Shown here: positions 1 through 8,576 of the stretch, in pieces | Position numbering within the stretch: the stretch's first letter is position 1 | Layout of the letters: each line of letters starts with the position of its first letter | NCBI GenBank assembly: GCA_018821305.1 | Contig: JAHJMN010000085.1 | Location: 1-63,862 of the forward strand | Length of the DNA stretch: 63,862 nucleotides | Source of the DNA: Myxococcota bacterium | GTDB lineage: Bacteria; Myxococcota_A; Polyangia; HGW-17 | Direction: 5' to 3' | Position numbers and translations under genes: made by a program | Notes under the pieces: generated by a model | Database searches by the model: none | What the model saw: the letters and a program-made list of their open reading frames with translations, nothing else | What the model was told of the DNA's origin: nothing

Positions 1-140
1 AATACCAACTTTTCAAGTTAACGTCTATTTCTATCACAGGACATTAAGAATGAAGACCTTGAAATTATTGTAGTGTTCTGAATAGCATGTTTTCGTAAAC
101 ATGCTCAATTTTGACAAAAATTGAATTTCAGGACACGAAC
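1..140 (+). repeat. S-T composite repeat (partial S right arm plus complete T module), copy 1
   Basis: Positions 52-140 match 63775-63862 with 1 mismatch over 89 nt; hairpin agcatgttt-tcgt-aaacatgct at 84-105; positions 31-51 resemble the S right arm (cacaggacattaa vs caggacagtaa). Confidence 0.85.
84..105 (+). other. conserved 9-bp-stem hairpin of the T module (also at 6044-6065 and 63807-63828); weak terminator-like
   Basis: agcatgttt-tcgt-aaacatgct followed by caattttga; the copy at 6044 keeps pairing through c-to-t and g-to-a compensatory changes. Confidence 0.35.
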
Positions 141-182
141 TCCTTAGTAATACGATAGTGAATCATTTTAAAGAAATACTTC
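141..182 (+). repeat. M-element left-end fragment (solo end)
   Basis: ccttagtaatacgatagtgaatcattttaaagaaatacttc aligns to the left end of M-d (8310-8350) and M-a. Confidence 0.7.
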
Positions 183-254
183 TTTGATGTTGTTCACATT
201 GCGGGTATGTTATAGTATTCTCACTGTTGTTCTCTTAATATTACTGGAGGCGAG

Positions 255-1589
255 ATGAGGCTTTTACATACATCCGACTGGCATCTGGGACGGTCTTTAT
301 ATGATCGCAGACGATATGATGAATTTGAAGCATTCCTTAATTGGCTTCTATCCATAATTATAGAAGAAAACGTGGACACTTTGCTGGTAGCTGGGGATAT
401 CTTTGATACTCCGTCTCCGGCAAACCGGGCTCAGCAACTGTATTACAGATTTTTATCTCAAATCAACAAAACACAATGTGAACATGTGGTTATAACAGCC
501 GGAAATCATGACTCCCCATCTTTTCTGGATGCTCCGGGGGAACTGCTGAAGGCATTGGATGTTCATGTAGTGGGAAGCGCTTCACCGGGAAATCCATTCA
601 ATGAAATAAAGGTCCTTTTAAACAGTCCCTCCATGAGAGGGCCTGTCCCCGAGGGAGATTCACTGTTACATGAAATTGAATGCGGAAATATTATTGCATC
701 TGATGTGAAAGCTGTTGTTTGTGCGGTTCCTTACCTCCGAGACAGGGATATCCGAACAATGGAACCGGGGGAGACTATTGATGATAAAAACCGGAAAATG
801 GCTCTGGGATTACGAAATCATTACAAGGAAGTAATCCAGGCCGCAGAGACAATTTTAGCGGCACTTTACAAAACCGACCTTGATTCGACCCAGAAAAAGA
901 TACCTCTTATTGCCATGGGACATCTCTTTACGGAAAAAGGCCAGACAGTTCGCGGCGATGGAGTCCGGGACCTGTATGTCGGAGGCCTGGTTGGCGTTGA
1001 TGAAAGTGTATTCCCTGAGGTCATAGATTATCTGGCCCTCGGACATCTTCATATGCCCCAGACCGTCGGAGATGCAGCTCATATGCGCTACAGCGGCTCG
1101 CCGATTCCCATGGGGTTTGGTGAATCTAAACAACAGAAATCCGTAATAATTGTTGATTTTGAAAATGAAAACCCCAAACCTCAAGTCAGACTTCTGCCAG
1201 TACCATGTTTTCAGGAGCTAATTCAAATTCAGGGTGATCTTATTGAGATTCAGCAAAAGATACATGAATTGAAACGAGAAAAATCAAGAGCCTGGCTTGA
1301 GATCGAGTATACGGGAAACGAAATTGTTCCCAACTTGAGGCAGGACATTATTGATGAAGTTTCAGACTCTTTGATGGAAGTGAGACGTATTCAGAACCGC
1401 ATGGTAATTGAACGGGTTATGACAGCTTCATCTTCCGGTCAATCCCTTGATGACCTTGATGAGATTGACGTTTTTAACCGTTTGCTCGATGCAAGCGACT
1501 TTGATAATGATTCAAAAGATGATCTTATTGAAGCATTTAATGAAGTCCTGAAAAATCTCTCTGAGGAAGATAATCATGAAGATACTTGA
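255..1589 (+). CDS. sbcD: DNA repair exonuclease SbcD (Mre11-like calcineurin-fold nuclease)
   Basis: N-terminal HTSDWHLG, later VAGDIFD, GNHD and GHLH phosphoesterase motifs; RBS ggagg precedes the ATG; 14-bp overlap with downstream sbcC. Confidence 0.9.
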   Translation: MRLLHTSDWHLGRSLYDRRRYDEFEAFLNWLLSIIIEENVDTLLVAGDIFDTPSPANRAQQLYYRFLSQINKTQCEHVVITAGNHDSPSFLDAPGELLKALDVHVVGSASPGNPFNEIKVLLNSPSMRGPVPEGDSLLHEIECGNIIASDVKAVVCAVPYLRDRDIRTMEPGETIDDKNRKMALGLRNHYKEVIQAAETILAALYKTDLDSTQKKIPLIAMGHLFTEKGQTVRGDGVRDLYVGGLVGVDESVFPEVIDYLALGHLHMPQTVGDAAHMRYSGSPIPMGFGESKQQKSVIIVDFENENPKPQVRLLPVPCFQELIQIQGDLIEIQQKIHELKREKSRAWLEIEYTGNEIVPNLRQDIIDEVSDSLMEVRRIQNRMVIERVMTASSSGQSLDDLDEIDVFNRLLDASDFDNDSKDDLIEAFNEVLKNLSEEDNHEDT

Positions 1590-4500
1590 ACTTCGTTTTA
1601 AGAACCTTAATTCACTTTATGGCGAGTGGATTATAGATTTTACGGATCCGGCTTATGCAGCGGAAGGAATTTTTACACTTACGGGGCCCACAGGAGCCGG
1701 GAAATCGACGATACTGGACGCCATCTGTCTTGCTTTGTACGGGGCTACGCCTCGACTTAAGAAAATAACTAAGAGTGAAAATGAGATAATGTCTCGACTT
1801 ACGGGGGAATGCTATTCCGAGGTGTTATTTGAAACCCGGGAGGGAAGATTCCGATGTCACTGGGTACAGCGCCGAGCCCGCAAACATCATTCTGGTAACC
1901 TTCAGGATTATGAGCATCAGATTGTCGAAGATGAAACTCAAACAATAATAACGGCTAAAAAGAGCGAGGTTCCTTCCGTTGTGGAAGAAAAAACTGGTAT
2001 GGACTTTACTCGCTTTACGCGGGCCATTTTGCTTGCTCAGGGAAGTTTTGATTCATTTTTGAAAGCAGATGATGAAGGGAAGTCCCTGATTCTGGAACAG
2101 ATTACAGGAACTGATATTTACTCAAAAATTTCAATTGCAGTTTATGAACGTAACAAAAAAGAAAGTGAGAAACTGGATTCACTCAGAGGTGAATTAGCTG
2201 GAATCAATGTCCTTGACATCATACAGGAACAGACACTGCGTCAGGATCTCGAAGCAAAACTGGCAGAGGAAACGGGACTTTCTTCAACTTTGAAAAAATG
2301 CACTGAGGCTCTTTCCTGGCTTTCAGGTATGGATTCTTTAACTAAAGAAATTGTTGAAATAGATGCTCTGAAAGCAAAAAAACTGCAGGAAATCGAAGCT
2401 TTCGCCCCACAACGACTGAAACTCGAAAATGCCCGGAGAGCTGCAAATATTGAGGCAGTATATTCTCCAGTCACCGTAAGAAGAAAACAGCTGGCCGAAG
2501 ATGAGGTTAAGCTGGGAATTCAGGAAAAAGCCCTCCCTTTACTTGTTAAATCTGCCGATGATCTGTCTGCTGCTCTCCTGACGGCGGAAAAATACACTAC
2601 TCAGACCAGAGATAATATAACCATCGAAGCTCCGATCTGGAGTAAAATCAAGCTTCTGGATCAACAGATAGTACAAATGTCAACTGTAGTTACAGAACTT
2701 ACCCAGAGCTGTCTGAAAGAAACCAGTGCAATTGAAGAAAAGCAAAAGGAGCGCTCTTCAGAAGTGAAAAAGCGCGATAATGAGGTTATTAAACTTGAGA
2801 AGGCAACTGCATACATTGCAAAGCACGCTTCGGATGAAATGCTTATTTCCGAACTTGGAGCGATTTCAGAGCAATGCCGCAATATCATTGATTTGCAAAC
2901 TGAAATTTCCGCGAAAGCTTCTGAAATTTTAAAAACTGAAAAGGCAGTGTCTGACGGGACGAGGAAACTTGAAACTATCCTGGGGCAGCGCAAACTCAGG
3001 GAAAAAGAAATCGAAGAAACCATTAATAAAAAGCAAATTATTAAGGATGAACTGAAAAAACTCCTCGGGGAAAAGCTCCTCCGTGAATATCGCGCAGAGA
3101 AAGATTCTCTCCAAAAAGAGTTTACACTGCGCATGACCATTGCTTCACTGGAAGAACACCGTTCAAAGCTGGAAGACGGCATTGCGTGTCCCCTGTGCGG
3201 ATCTTTGGAACATCCCTTTGCCAGCGGAAACGTGCCCGAGTCTGATGATGTAAAAAATCGAATCGAGAAACTCCAGGATTTAATCCGGCAATCTGAAGAA
3301 CTCGAAGAAGTCATCCGACTTACGGAAATCACGGAAACTGAAAATCGCAATTTACTTTCAACTGTGATGAAACTGGAAACAGAGGTTGAAATTGATAAAA
3401 AATCAGCACTGCAGACCCTTGAGAATCTGAAAAACGATTTGGAAAAACTGAATGCCAGAGAAGAAATGCTTTTATCTGAGCTTTCTACGAAACTTGGGCC
3501 CCTTGGTATTACGGAGTTTAAAGTACAGACACTTCCATCTATCCTCAAAGAACGAAAAACTGCATATGAAAATCAGATAACCCTTAAAAACGACTGTCAA
3601 AAACAAATTGATTATATTTCCGGGGAAATCAAACGATTTGAAGCTGTTATCGAGAACCTTGAGAGTACCAGAATCGAAAAAAATGAGCACCTCAGACTTC
3701 GTAAAGAAGAACACATCAAACTTGAAACTGAACGAAAACGGTTGTACGGCGATAAAAATCCCGTTGAAGAGGAAGCTCGTTTTAATAAACTACTTGAACA
3801 GGCCATGGAAACGGAAAAAAAGAGCAGAAATCAGCTGGATTTGAAAAAACAGGAACTGACGGGAGCGAAAACCCAGATTGATAGTTTAAAAGGGAGTATT
3901 TCAGGAGGTACAGAAGAACTGAAAAAGTGCGAGGTTGAGTTTGCTGAAGCATTAAAAGCTGCCGGATTTCATGATGAAAGTGAATTCCTGGGGGCAATGC
4001 TTCCATCAATTGAGCGAACTGAACTGGTGAAAAAGGATGATGCTCTGAAATCTGTTTTATTTGAACTCAATACGAAAATGGAGGACCGTAAAACGAGGCT
4101 CGATGTTGAAAAAGAGCGAAAACTTACGGAAAAGAATGCATCAGAACTCAGGACACTCATGGAAACGCTGGAGAAAGATCTTACTTCTTTACGCAATGAT
4201 ATTACGGAATTAAAATTCAAACTTCGGGGAAATGAAGAAGCAAAAAGCAAGATGAGTTCCAGTATTGCCGCTTTAAAAGCTCAGGAAAATGAGGCTGCCA
4301 GATGGAACAAACTGAATACACTTATAGGGTCTAGTAATGGTAAAAAGTTCCGGCATTTCGCCCAGGGATTGACATTTGAAATTCTTGCAGGTCATGCAAA
4401 TGAACAACTTAAAAATATGACGGATCGGTACCTTTTGATTCGTGATGAAAACAAGCCACTTGAGCTTAATGTTATTGATAATTATCAGGCTGGAGAAAGA

Positions 4501-4833
4501 AGATCCATTAAGAATCTCTCCGGAGGGGAGAGTTTTATTGTCAGTCTGGCACTTGCTCTGGGGCTTTCACAGATGTCCAGTGGTAAAATACTTGTGGAGT
4601 CACTCTTTCTTGATGAAGGATTTGGTACCCTCGACGATGAAGCACTTGAAAGCGCGCTGGAGACTCTCTCTACTCTTCAGCAGTCTGGCAAACTCATCGG
4701 TATCATCTCACATTTGTCAGTTTTGAAAGAAAGGATTTCAACGACAATTATGATAAAACCCATCACAGATGGCCGCAGCACAATATCAGGCCCCGGCTGC
4801 CGAAACATTGATCTTGGCAGTGTCAGCTCCTGA
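1576..4833 (+). CDS. sbcC: DNA repair ATPase SbcC (Rad50-like SMC)
   Basis: Walker A GPTGAGKST at N-terminus, long coiled coil, zinc-hook CPLCG in the middle, LSGGE signature and Walker B LFLDEGFGTLD at C-terminus; 1085 aa. Confidence 0.9.
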   Translation: MKILELRFKNLNSLYGEWIIDFTDPAYAAEGIFTLTGPTGAGKSTILDAICLALYGATPRLKKITKSENEIMSRLTGECYSEVLFETREGRFRCHWVQRRARKHHSGNLQDYEHQIVEDETQTIITAKKSEVPSVVEEKTGMDFTRFTRAILLAQGSFDSFLKADDEGKSLILEQITGTDIYSKISIAVYERNKKESEKLDSLRGELAGINVLDIIQEQTLRQDLEAKLAEETGLSSTLKKCTEALSWLSGMDSLTKEIVEIDALKAKKLQEIEAFAPQRLKLENARRAANIEAVYSPVTVRRKQLAEDEVKLGIQEKALPLLVKSADDLSAALLTAEKYTTQTRDNITIEAPIWSKIKLLDQQIVQMSTVVTELTQSCLKETSAIEEKQKERSSEVKKRDNEVIKLEKATAYIAKHASDEMLISELGAISEQCRNIIDLQTEISAKASEILKTEKAVSDGTRKLETILGQRKLREKEIEETINKKQIIKDELKKLLGEKLLREYRAEKDSLQKEFTLRMTIASLEEHRSKLEDGIACPLCGSLEHPFASGNVPESDDVKNRIEKLQDLIRQSEELEEVIRLTEITETENRNLLSTVMKLETEVEIDKKSALQTLENLKNDLEKLNAREEMLLSELSTKLGPLGITEFKVQTLPSILKERKTAYENQITLKNDCQKQIDYISGEIKRFEAVIENLESTRIEKNEHLRLRKEEHIKLETERKRLYGDKNPVEEEARFNKLLEQAMETEKKSRNQLDLKKQELTGAKTQIDSLKGSISGGTEELKKCEVEFAEALKAAGFHDESEFLGAMLPSIERTELVKKDDALKSVLFELNTKMEDRKTRLDVEKERKLTEKNASELRTLMETLEKDLTSLRNDITELKFKLRGNEEAKSKMSSSIAALKAQENEAARWNKLNTLIGSSNGKKFRHFAQGLTFEILAGHANEQLKNMTDRYLLIRDENKPLELNVIDNYQAGERRSIKNLSGGESFIVSLALALGLSQMSSGKILVESLFLDEGFGTLDDEALESALETLSTLQQSGKLIGIISHLSVLKERISTTIMIKPITDGRSTISGPGCRNIDLGSVSS

Positions 4834-4920
4834 TTGATATTGTGTCGCTTTTTTTATGTAGTTCATGTACTGTAATTCTCATCGCAAAGAAATTTATTAG
4901 AATTTCATTAGGGAGAAATT

Positions 4921-5949
4921 ATGGCAGTAAATAATAAAATTACATCATTGATTACATTGTCATTTCTTTGGTACTTGTCTGCCTGCTCCACTCCAAAGCG
5001 GCCAGAGGGCAATTCTCAAAAAAAAATAGTCATTGAAAAGGTTTTCGCAGAGCCGAAAGTAAAACAAGTTGAAAAGTTAAAACAAAAGCCATCAATTCAG
5101 CTTACGCAGACGCAACCAGTTCCTGAAATGAAATCACCTCTGGTTGTATTCAGTTACAAGTTGGGTTGCCAGGAGGCAGCAGCATATATATACCCCGTGA
5201 CATGTTATGATCCGGCAGTAGGACTATGGATTACCGGCCCAAGGTGCCTGCGTTCTTTTGTCGGGACACGTTACCATCTTTTGTCTGATGGAGATGAAAA
5301 AGAAATTAAAGCATCGGCTGCCCTTGATTACAAAATTCCTGGTGTATTTACCTTCCTGCCATACAACAGTGAGCTTTTCGCATTCACAATAATTAAGGAT
5401 ATGACACATATAAAACTGGAAGCGGACAAAAGTCCAAAACTGAGTTGGAGCGAGAAGAAATTTATCAACGCTTTTACACGTCGAACAGCACCTGCATTGG
5501 CAAGAGACAGCGTCGTAAAAAAACCAGTCTTCTGGAAAGAACCGGAAATTGACAATATAAAAATTTTTGAGAGAACCATTGCTGATATTGACGAAGATGG
5601 TAAAAAGGACAGTGTTTATGCTGTGGAAATAACTTTCTCAGGAACAATTTCTCTCACTGCGACCATGCTTGTGTTTGCTCCCAGTGGTGATTTAAAAAAG
5701 CTTTCCTTTTTATTGGACAGCAAGGGAGCTCTAAGCACGCCTCGCTTTGTAGTCAATATTGGCAAAAAGCGATTTGTCCTCTTTCAGGATGATTCATTTT
5801 TATCTGGAGCCCGGGATGGGATAAGACTCATGCTTTGGGAAAATGGACGCCTTACTCCCGCTTTTCATATCTGCTGCATTTACGACAAAAAAATACAGAA
5901 AAACACTCCTGTCATATGTCCGGAAAAGAAAACAAAATCAGTGAAATAG
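4921..5949 (+). CDS. hypothetical lipoprotein (LSAC lipobox)
   Basis: Signal peptide with LWYLSAC lipobox; no recognisable catalytic motifs; ORF of 342 aa with upstream gggag RBS. Confidence 0.6.
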   Translation: MAVNNKITSLITLSFLWYLSACSTPKRPEGNSQKKIVIEKVFAEPKVKQVEKLKQKPSIQLTQTQPVPEMKSPLVVFSYKLGCQEAAAYIYPVTCYDPAVGLWITGPRCLRSFVGTRYHLLSDGDEKEIKASAALDYKIPGVFTFLPYNSELFAFTIIKDMTHIKLEADKSPKLSWSEKKFINAFTRRTAPALARDSVVKKPVFWKEPEIDNIKIFERTIADIDEDGKKDSVYAVEITFSGTISLTATMLVFAPSGDLKKLSFLLDSKGALSTPRFVVNIGKKRFVLFQDDSFLSGARDGIRLMLWENGRLTPAFHICCIYDKKIQKNTPVICPEKKTKSVK

Positions 5950-6077
5950 TTATTGTCCTGTAATACGTTCGTTTCAAGTTTACAGCAATTTTTACACATG
6001 ACATAAAAAATGGAAACCTTGAAATTATTGCAGTGTTCTGAAAAGTATGTTTTCCTAAACATACTCATTTTTGCAAG
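5950..6077 (+). repeat. S-T composite repeat, degenerate copy 2
   Basis: ttattgtcctgtaatacg directly after a TAG stop; T module 6012-6077 shares about 85% identity with copy 1, with the hairpin retained through compensatory changes (agtatgttt / aaacatact). Confidence 0.8.
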
Positions 6078-6122
6078 ATAGTAGATCCTGAGGATTTCCG
6101 GAACAGTATTGTAATTGAATTT

Positions 6123-6190
6123 TACCGCTTCCTTAAATGGTTATGACCTGATCCTGCCCCTGTTTCCTGACTGCCTGTCTACCTGAGATA
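6123..6190 (-). repeat. M-element internal-deletion fragment (right-type end plus CCTG arm)
   Basis: taccgcttccttaaatgg then ttatgacctgatcctgcccctgtttcctgactgcctg resembles the reverse complement of the M right end and CAGG arm. Confidence 0.55.
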
Positions 6191-6241
6191 TACGATATAC
6201 TATATTGCAATACTCTGGCTCAACTTACGTGGGCATCGCTG

Positions 6242-6294
6242 TAATGTCCTGTAATACAGTTTTTCAAATTTTTCGCCGATTTTTCGCTCAGGAC
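6242..6294 (+). repeat. S-like module (degenerate)
   Basis: taatgtcctgtaatacagtttttcaaatttttcgccgatttttcgctcaggact compared with 63712-63768. Confidence 0.6.
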
Positions 6295-6354
6295 TCTCAC
6301 TGTTTTCTGCGAAAACAGTTGTCGATTTTGACGATTTCATGCGGAAATACGAAC

Positions 6355-6566
6355 TAGACCGCTTGCGGAATAAAAGGATTGAAAAGTGAAAAGTGTAAGT
6401 TTTCATCAACCATTTGTAATTATGCTTTGATGTTGTAAGTTTATGACCTGATTCTGATCCTGTTTGCCTGACTACCTGAGTTTCTGTTTAAAATTTCAGG
6501 GAAACAGGAAATCAGTAGCAGGAGCAGGACAATCAGGGTCTCTTTCCTGAAGCATTTCTTTAATAA
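6355..6566 (-). mobile_element. M element, reverse orientation, lacking its left-type terminus (copy M-f)
   Basis: tagaccgcttgcggaataaaaggattgaaa (right-type end) ... cctg arm ... cagg arm ... tctttcctgaagcatttctttaataa; aligns with M-g along its length. Confidence 0.8.
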
Positions 6567-6723
6567 TAATAACCATATGGTTTTCATCCATAAATTTACC
6601 CAGAACTTTGTCCTTTATTGAAGTAATCTTTTTCTCAAGGAAATGGATGGTTAATCCGCATATGGCTACAGTTGCATAATATACTTTAGAGTGTTGCGGA
6701 AGTCAAGGGCGTTTATTATATTT

Positions 6724-6817
6724 AGTTCGTGTCCTGTAATTCGCTTCGCTAAGGATTTTATTAAAAATCCTAACTAGACCGCTTGCGGAGTAATACGATT
6801 GTGACTCGGTTTAAACA
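6724..6817 (+). repeat. composite: caggacacgaac module (reverse complement), 8-bp hairpin, then solo M left end
   Basis: agttcgtgtcctg; aggatttt-atta-aaaatcct hairpin; ctagaccgcttgcggagtaatacgattgtgactcggtttaaaca is identical to the M-a left end over about 40 nt; ends 35 bp before the 6851 start codon. Confidence 0.8.
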
Positions 6818-6850
6818 TATGTAGTTCAACGAAAAAACTGGAGGAATATT

Positions 6851-8236
6851 ATGATACTGGATGAGAACACGTTAACTTCATCTAAAATCGGACTATTTAT
6901 TGTTATCTTTTTTCTATCCGCCTGCGCCGGTAGTGGGAAAAAGACTTCAGGATCCGGAGCGCCTACAGACCTGTCGGTCACTCCTGACTCCACAACGGAG
7001 CTTTTTCTTACATGGAAAGACAATACCGATACCGAGACCGGTTTCGTTATTGAACGCAGCGTAGATGGTCTCCATTTTGCAAATATCCATGAGACATTAC
7101 CTGACGAGACATCATGGACTGACACCGGTCTTAACCACTCAACAATGTACTACTATCGGGTTCAAGCAAAATTTGGCGATGCATTTTCCGGGTATTCCAA
7201 CGTGGCCTCCACATCCACACTTTGTGATGGGAACACTTCCCTTCGCTGTGGAGATCTATGCGTTAATCCCAACTATGACAAACTCAACTGTGGAACGTGC
7301 GGTAATGACTGCGATGACGGTCAGGTCTGCATCGAGGGAAGTTGTACGGAATCTCCTTGCGATCCTCCATGTCAAAACGGCGGAACATGCAGCGGACTCA
7401 ACCAATGCGAGTGCCTGAATGGATGGTCTGGGGAAACCTGTGAGGAATCGCTTTGCGATCCACCTTGCCAAAACGGTGGAACTTGTATCGGCGTAAATCA
7501 GTGCGAGTGCCTGAGCGGATGGTCAGGAGTAACCTGTGAGGAATCGCTATGCGATCCACCTTGCCAAAACGGTGGAACCTGCAGTGGCCCTGATCAGTGT
7601 TCATGTCCAGCTGGATGGTCGGGAGACATCTGTAATGTACCAAACTGCAATCCATCCTGCCAGAATGGTGGAACCTGCATAGCTCCGAATCAGTGTACAT
7701 GTCCTAATGGGTGGACAGGACAAACTTGTGAAACAGTAACTGATGCAATTCCCATCGACAAAATAGATATGGCTGCTCGGGGTGTTGGTAGTGAGCAGGT
7801 TTTAACCTGGCCACAAACAGCTCAATTGAACAGTATGAATATCCACTGGGGCAGTTGGTACGGAGCACCAACATGGTATGTCGATATTGACGCTGTGGGT
7901 CACCTTTCCTGGACTGAATATCGACCTTATGGAGGCCCTAACGATGTGTTGATTACCGGGAACATTTGGATCCTCGTTCCCCAGTCCGGTTCAGATCGTT
8001 GGTGGGCCGCTCCTTTCGAGGGACTGGTTAAATTTACTACCATTCATTGCGCGGGGAATCTTAATTTTGAACGTACCAACATCCTCGAAAACTCGCCTCT
8101 GGCTTCCCCCTGGCAGCCACAAGCAGGTGTGACTTACGGATGGATGATATCCACTAATGTATCCACATTCTTTCCTAGCTCTAACGATGATCAGCGCAGT
8201 AACATTATCCTCGAGACATGGCCTCCGAATCCATAA
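6851..8236 (+). CDS. secreted lipoprotein with fibronectin-III domain followed by five tandem EGF-like repeats
   Basis: Lipobox FFLSAC; FN3-like segment (LTWKDNT...YYYRVQA); five repeats of CDPPCQNGGTCxGxNQCxCxxGWSGxTCEES with classic EGF cysteine spacing; ggagg RBS at 6839. Confidence 0.65.
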   Translation: MILDENTLTSSKIGLFIVIFFLSACAGSGKKTSGSGAPTDLSVTPDSTTELFLTWKDNTDTETGFVIERSVDGLHFANIHETLPDETSWTDTGLNHSTMYYYRVQAKFGDAFSGYSNVASTSTLCDGNTSLRCGDLCVNPNYDKLNCGTCGNDCDDGQVCIEGSCTESPCDPPCQNGGTCSGLNQCECLNGWSGETCEESLCDPPCQNGGTCIGVNQCECLSGWSGVTCEESLCDPPCQNGGTCSGPDQCSCPAGWSGDICNVPNCNPSCQNGGTCIAPNQCTCPNGWTGQTCETVTDAIPIDKIDMAARGVGSEQVLTWPQTAQLNSMNIHWGSWYGAPTWYVDIDAVGHLSWTEYRPYGGPNDVLITGNIWILVPQSGSDRWWAAPFEGLVKFTTIHCAGNLNFERTNILENSPLASPWQPQAGVTYGWMISTNVSTFFPSSNDDQRSNIILETWPPNP

Positions 8237-8298
8237 ATTGCTCTTTGGAGCACTGATTCACATTCAAATAAAGACATCTTCATAACCAATTGCAATCA

Positions 8299-8576
8299 CT
8301 AAACCGCTTCTTGAGTAATACGATAGTAACTTAATTTAAAGAAATACTTCAGGAAAACGACGCTCAATAGCATTCCCCTGCGCGAAATTGCCTACCTGAT
8401 TGTCCTGATTCTGCTACTGGTTGCCTGTGTACCTGAAATTTTTACAGGTAAGTAGGTAAGCAGGAAACAGGAGCAGCAGCAGGTCGTAAACATTCAGCAT
8501 AAAGGCATAATTACAAAAGAAGACAATAATCCACTCAGTTTGAGATTTCGATCTTTTTACTCAAGAAGCGGTTTAG
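8299..8576 (+). mobile_element. M element, complete copy M-d (MITE, IS630/Tc1-like: TA-flanked, 21-bp perfect TIRs)
   Basis: TA at 8299-8300 and at 8574-8575; left aaccgcttcttgagtaa is the exact reverse complement of right ttactcaagaagcggtt; central cctg-arm / cagg-arm hairpin 8389-8487; conserved core cattcccctgcgcgaaattgcctacctg. Confidence 0.9.

Noticed and set aside
84-105. T-module hairpin as a classical intrinsic terminator
   Set aside because: The stem is AT-rich (3 GC pairs of 9) and the downstream tract (caattttga) is a poor U-run. Structural conservation is real, but terminator function is unproven, so it is reported only at low confidence.
2661-3548. Long antisense ORF (295 aa) and other Ser-rich antisense ORFs inside sbcC, and His/Arg-rich ORFs inside 16590-18077
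   Set aside because: These are low-complexity translations of the opposite strand of a Glu/Lys-rich coiled-coil gene and of the Asp/Cys-repeat gene. They are typical shadow ORFs with no start context.
6242-6262. LexA/SOS-box reading of the S-module arm (CTGT ... ACAG)
   Set aside because: Spacing is CTGT-N3-ACAG, not the 16-bp CTGT-N8-ACAG gamma-proteobacterial box, and it does not match known delta-proteobacterial LexA motifs. The arm is better explained as the terminal inverted repeat of the S module (TA-CTGTCCTG).
6200-6409. 69-aa minus-strand ORF, and the ORFs at 33525-34025 (+), 33562-33981 (+) and 37129-37377 (-)
   Set aside because: The 6200-6409 ORF lies entirely inside repeat modules (S-like hairpin and M-f). 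The 33525-34025 and 33562-33981 ORFs are plus-strand shadows of the convincing minus-strand TSP3 lipoprotein gene 33566-34012. The 37129-37377 ORF is antisense overlap with the 37328 lipoprotein start. None has an RBS.
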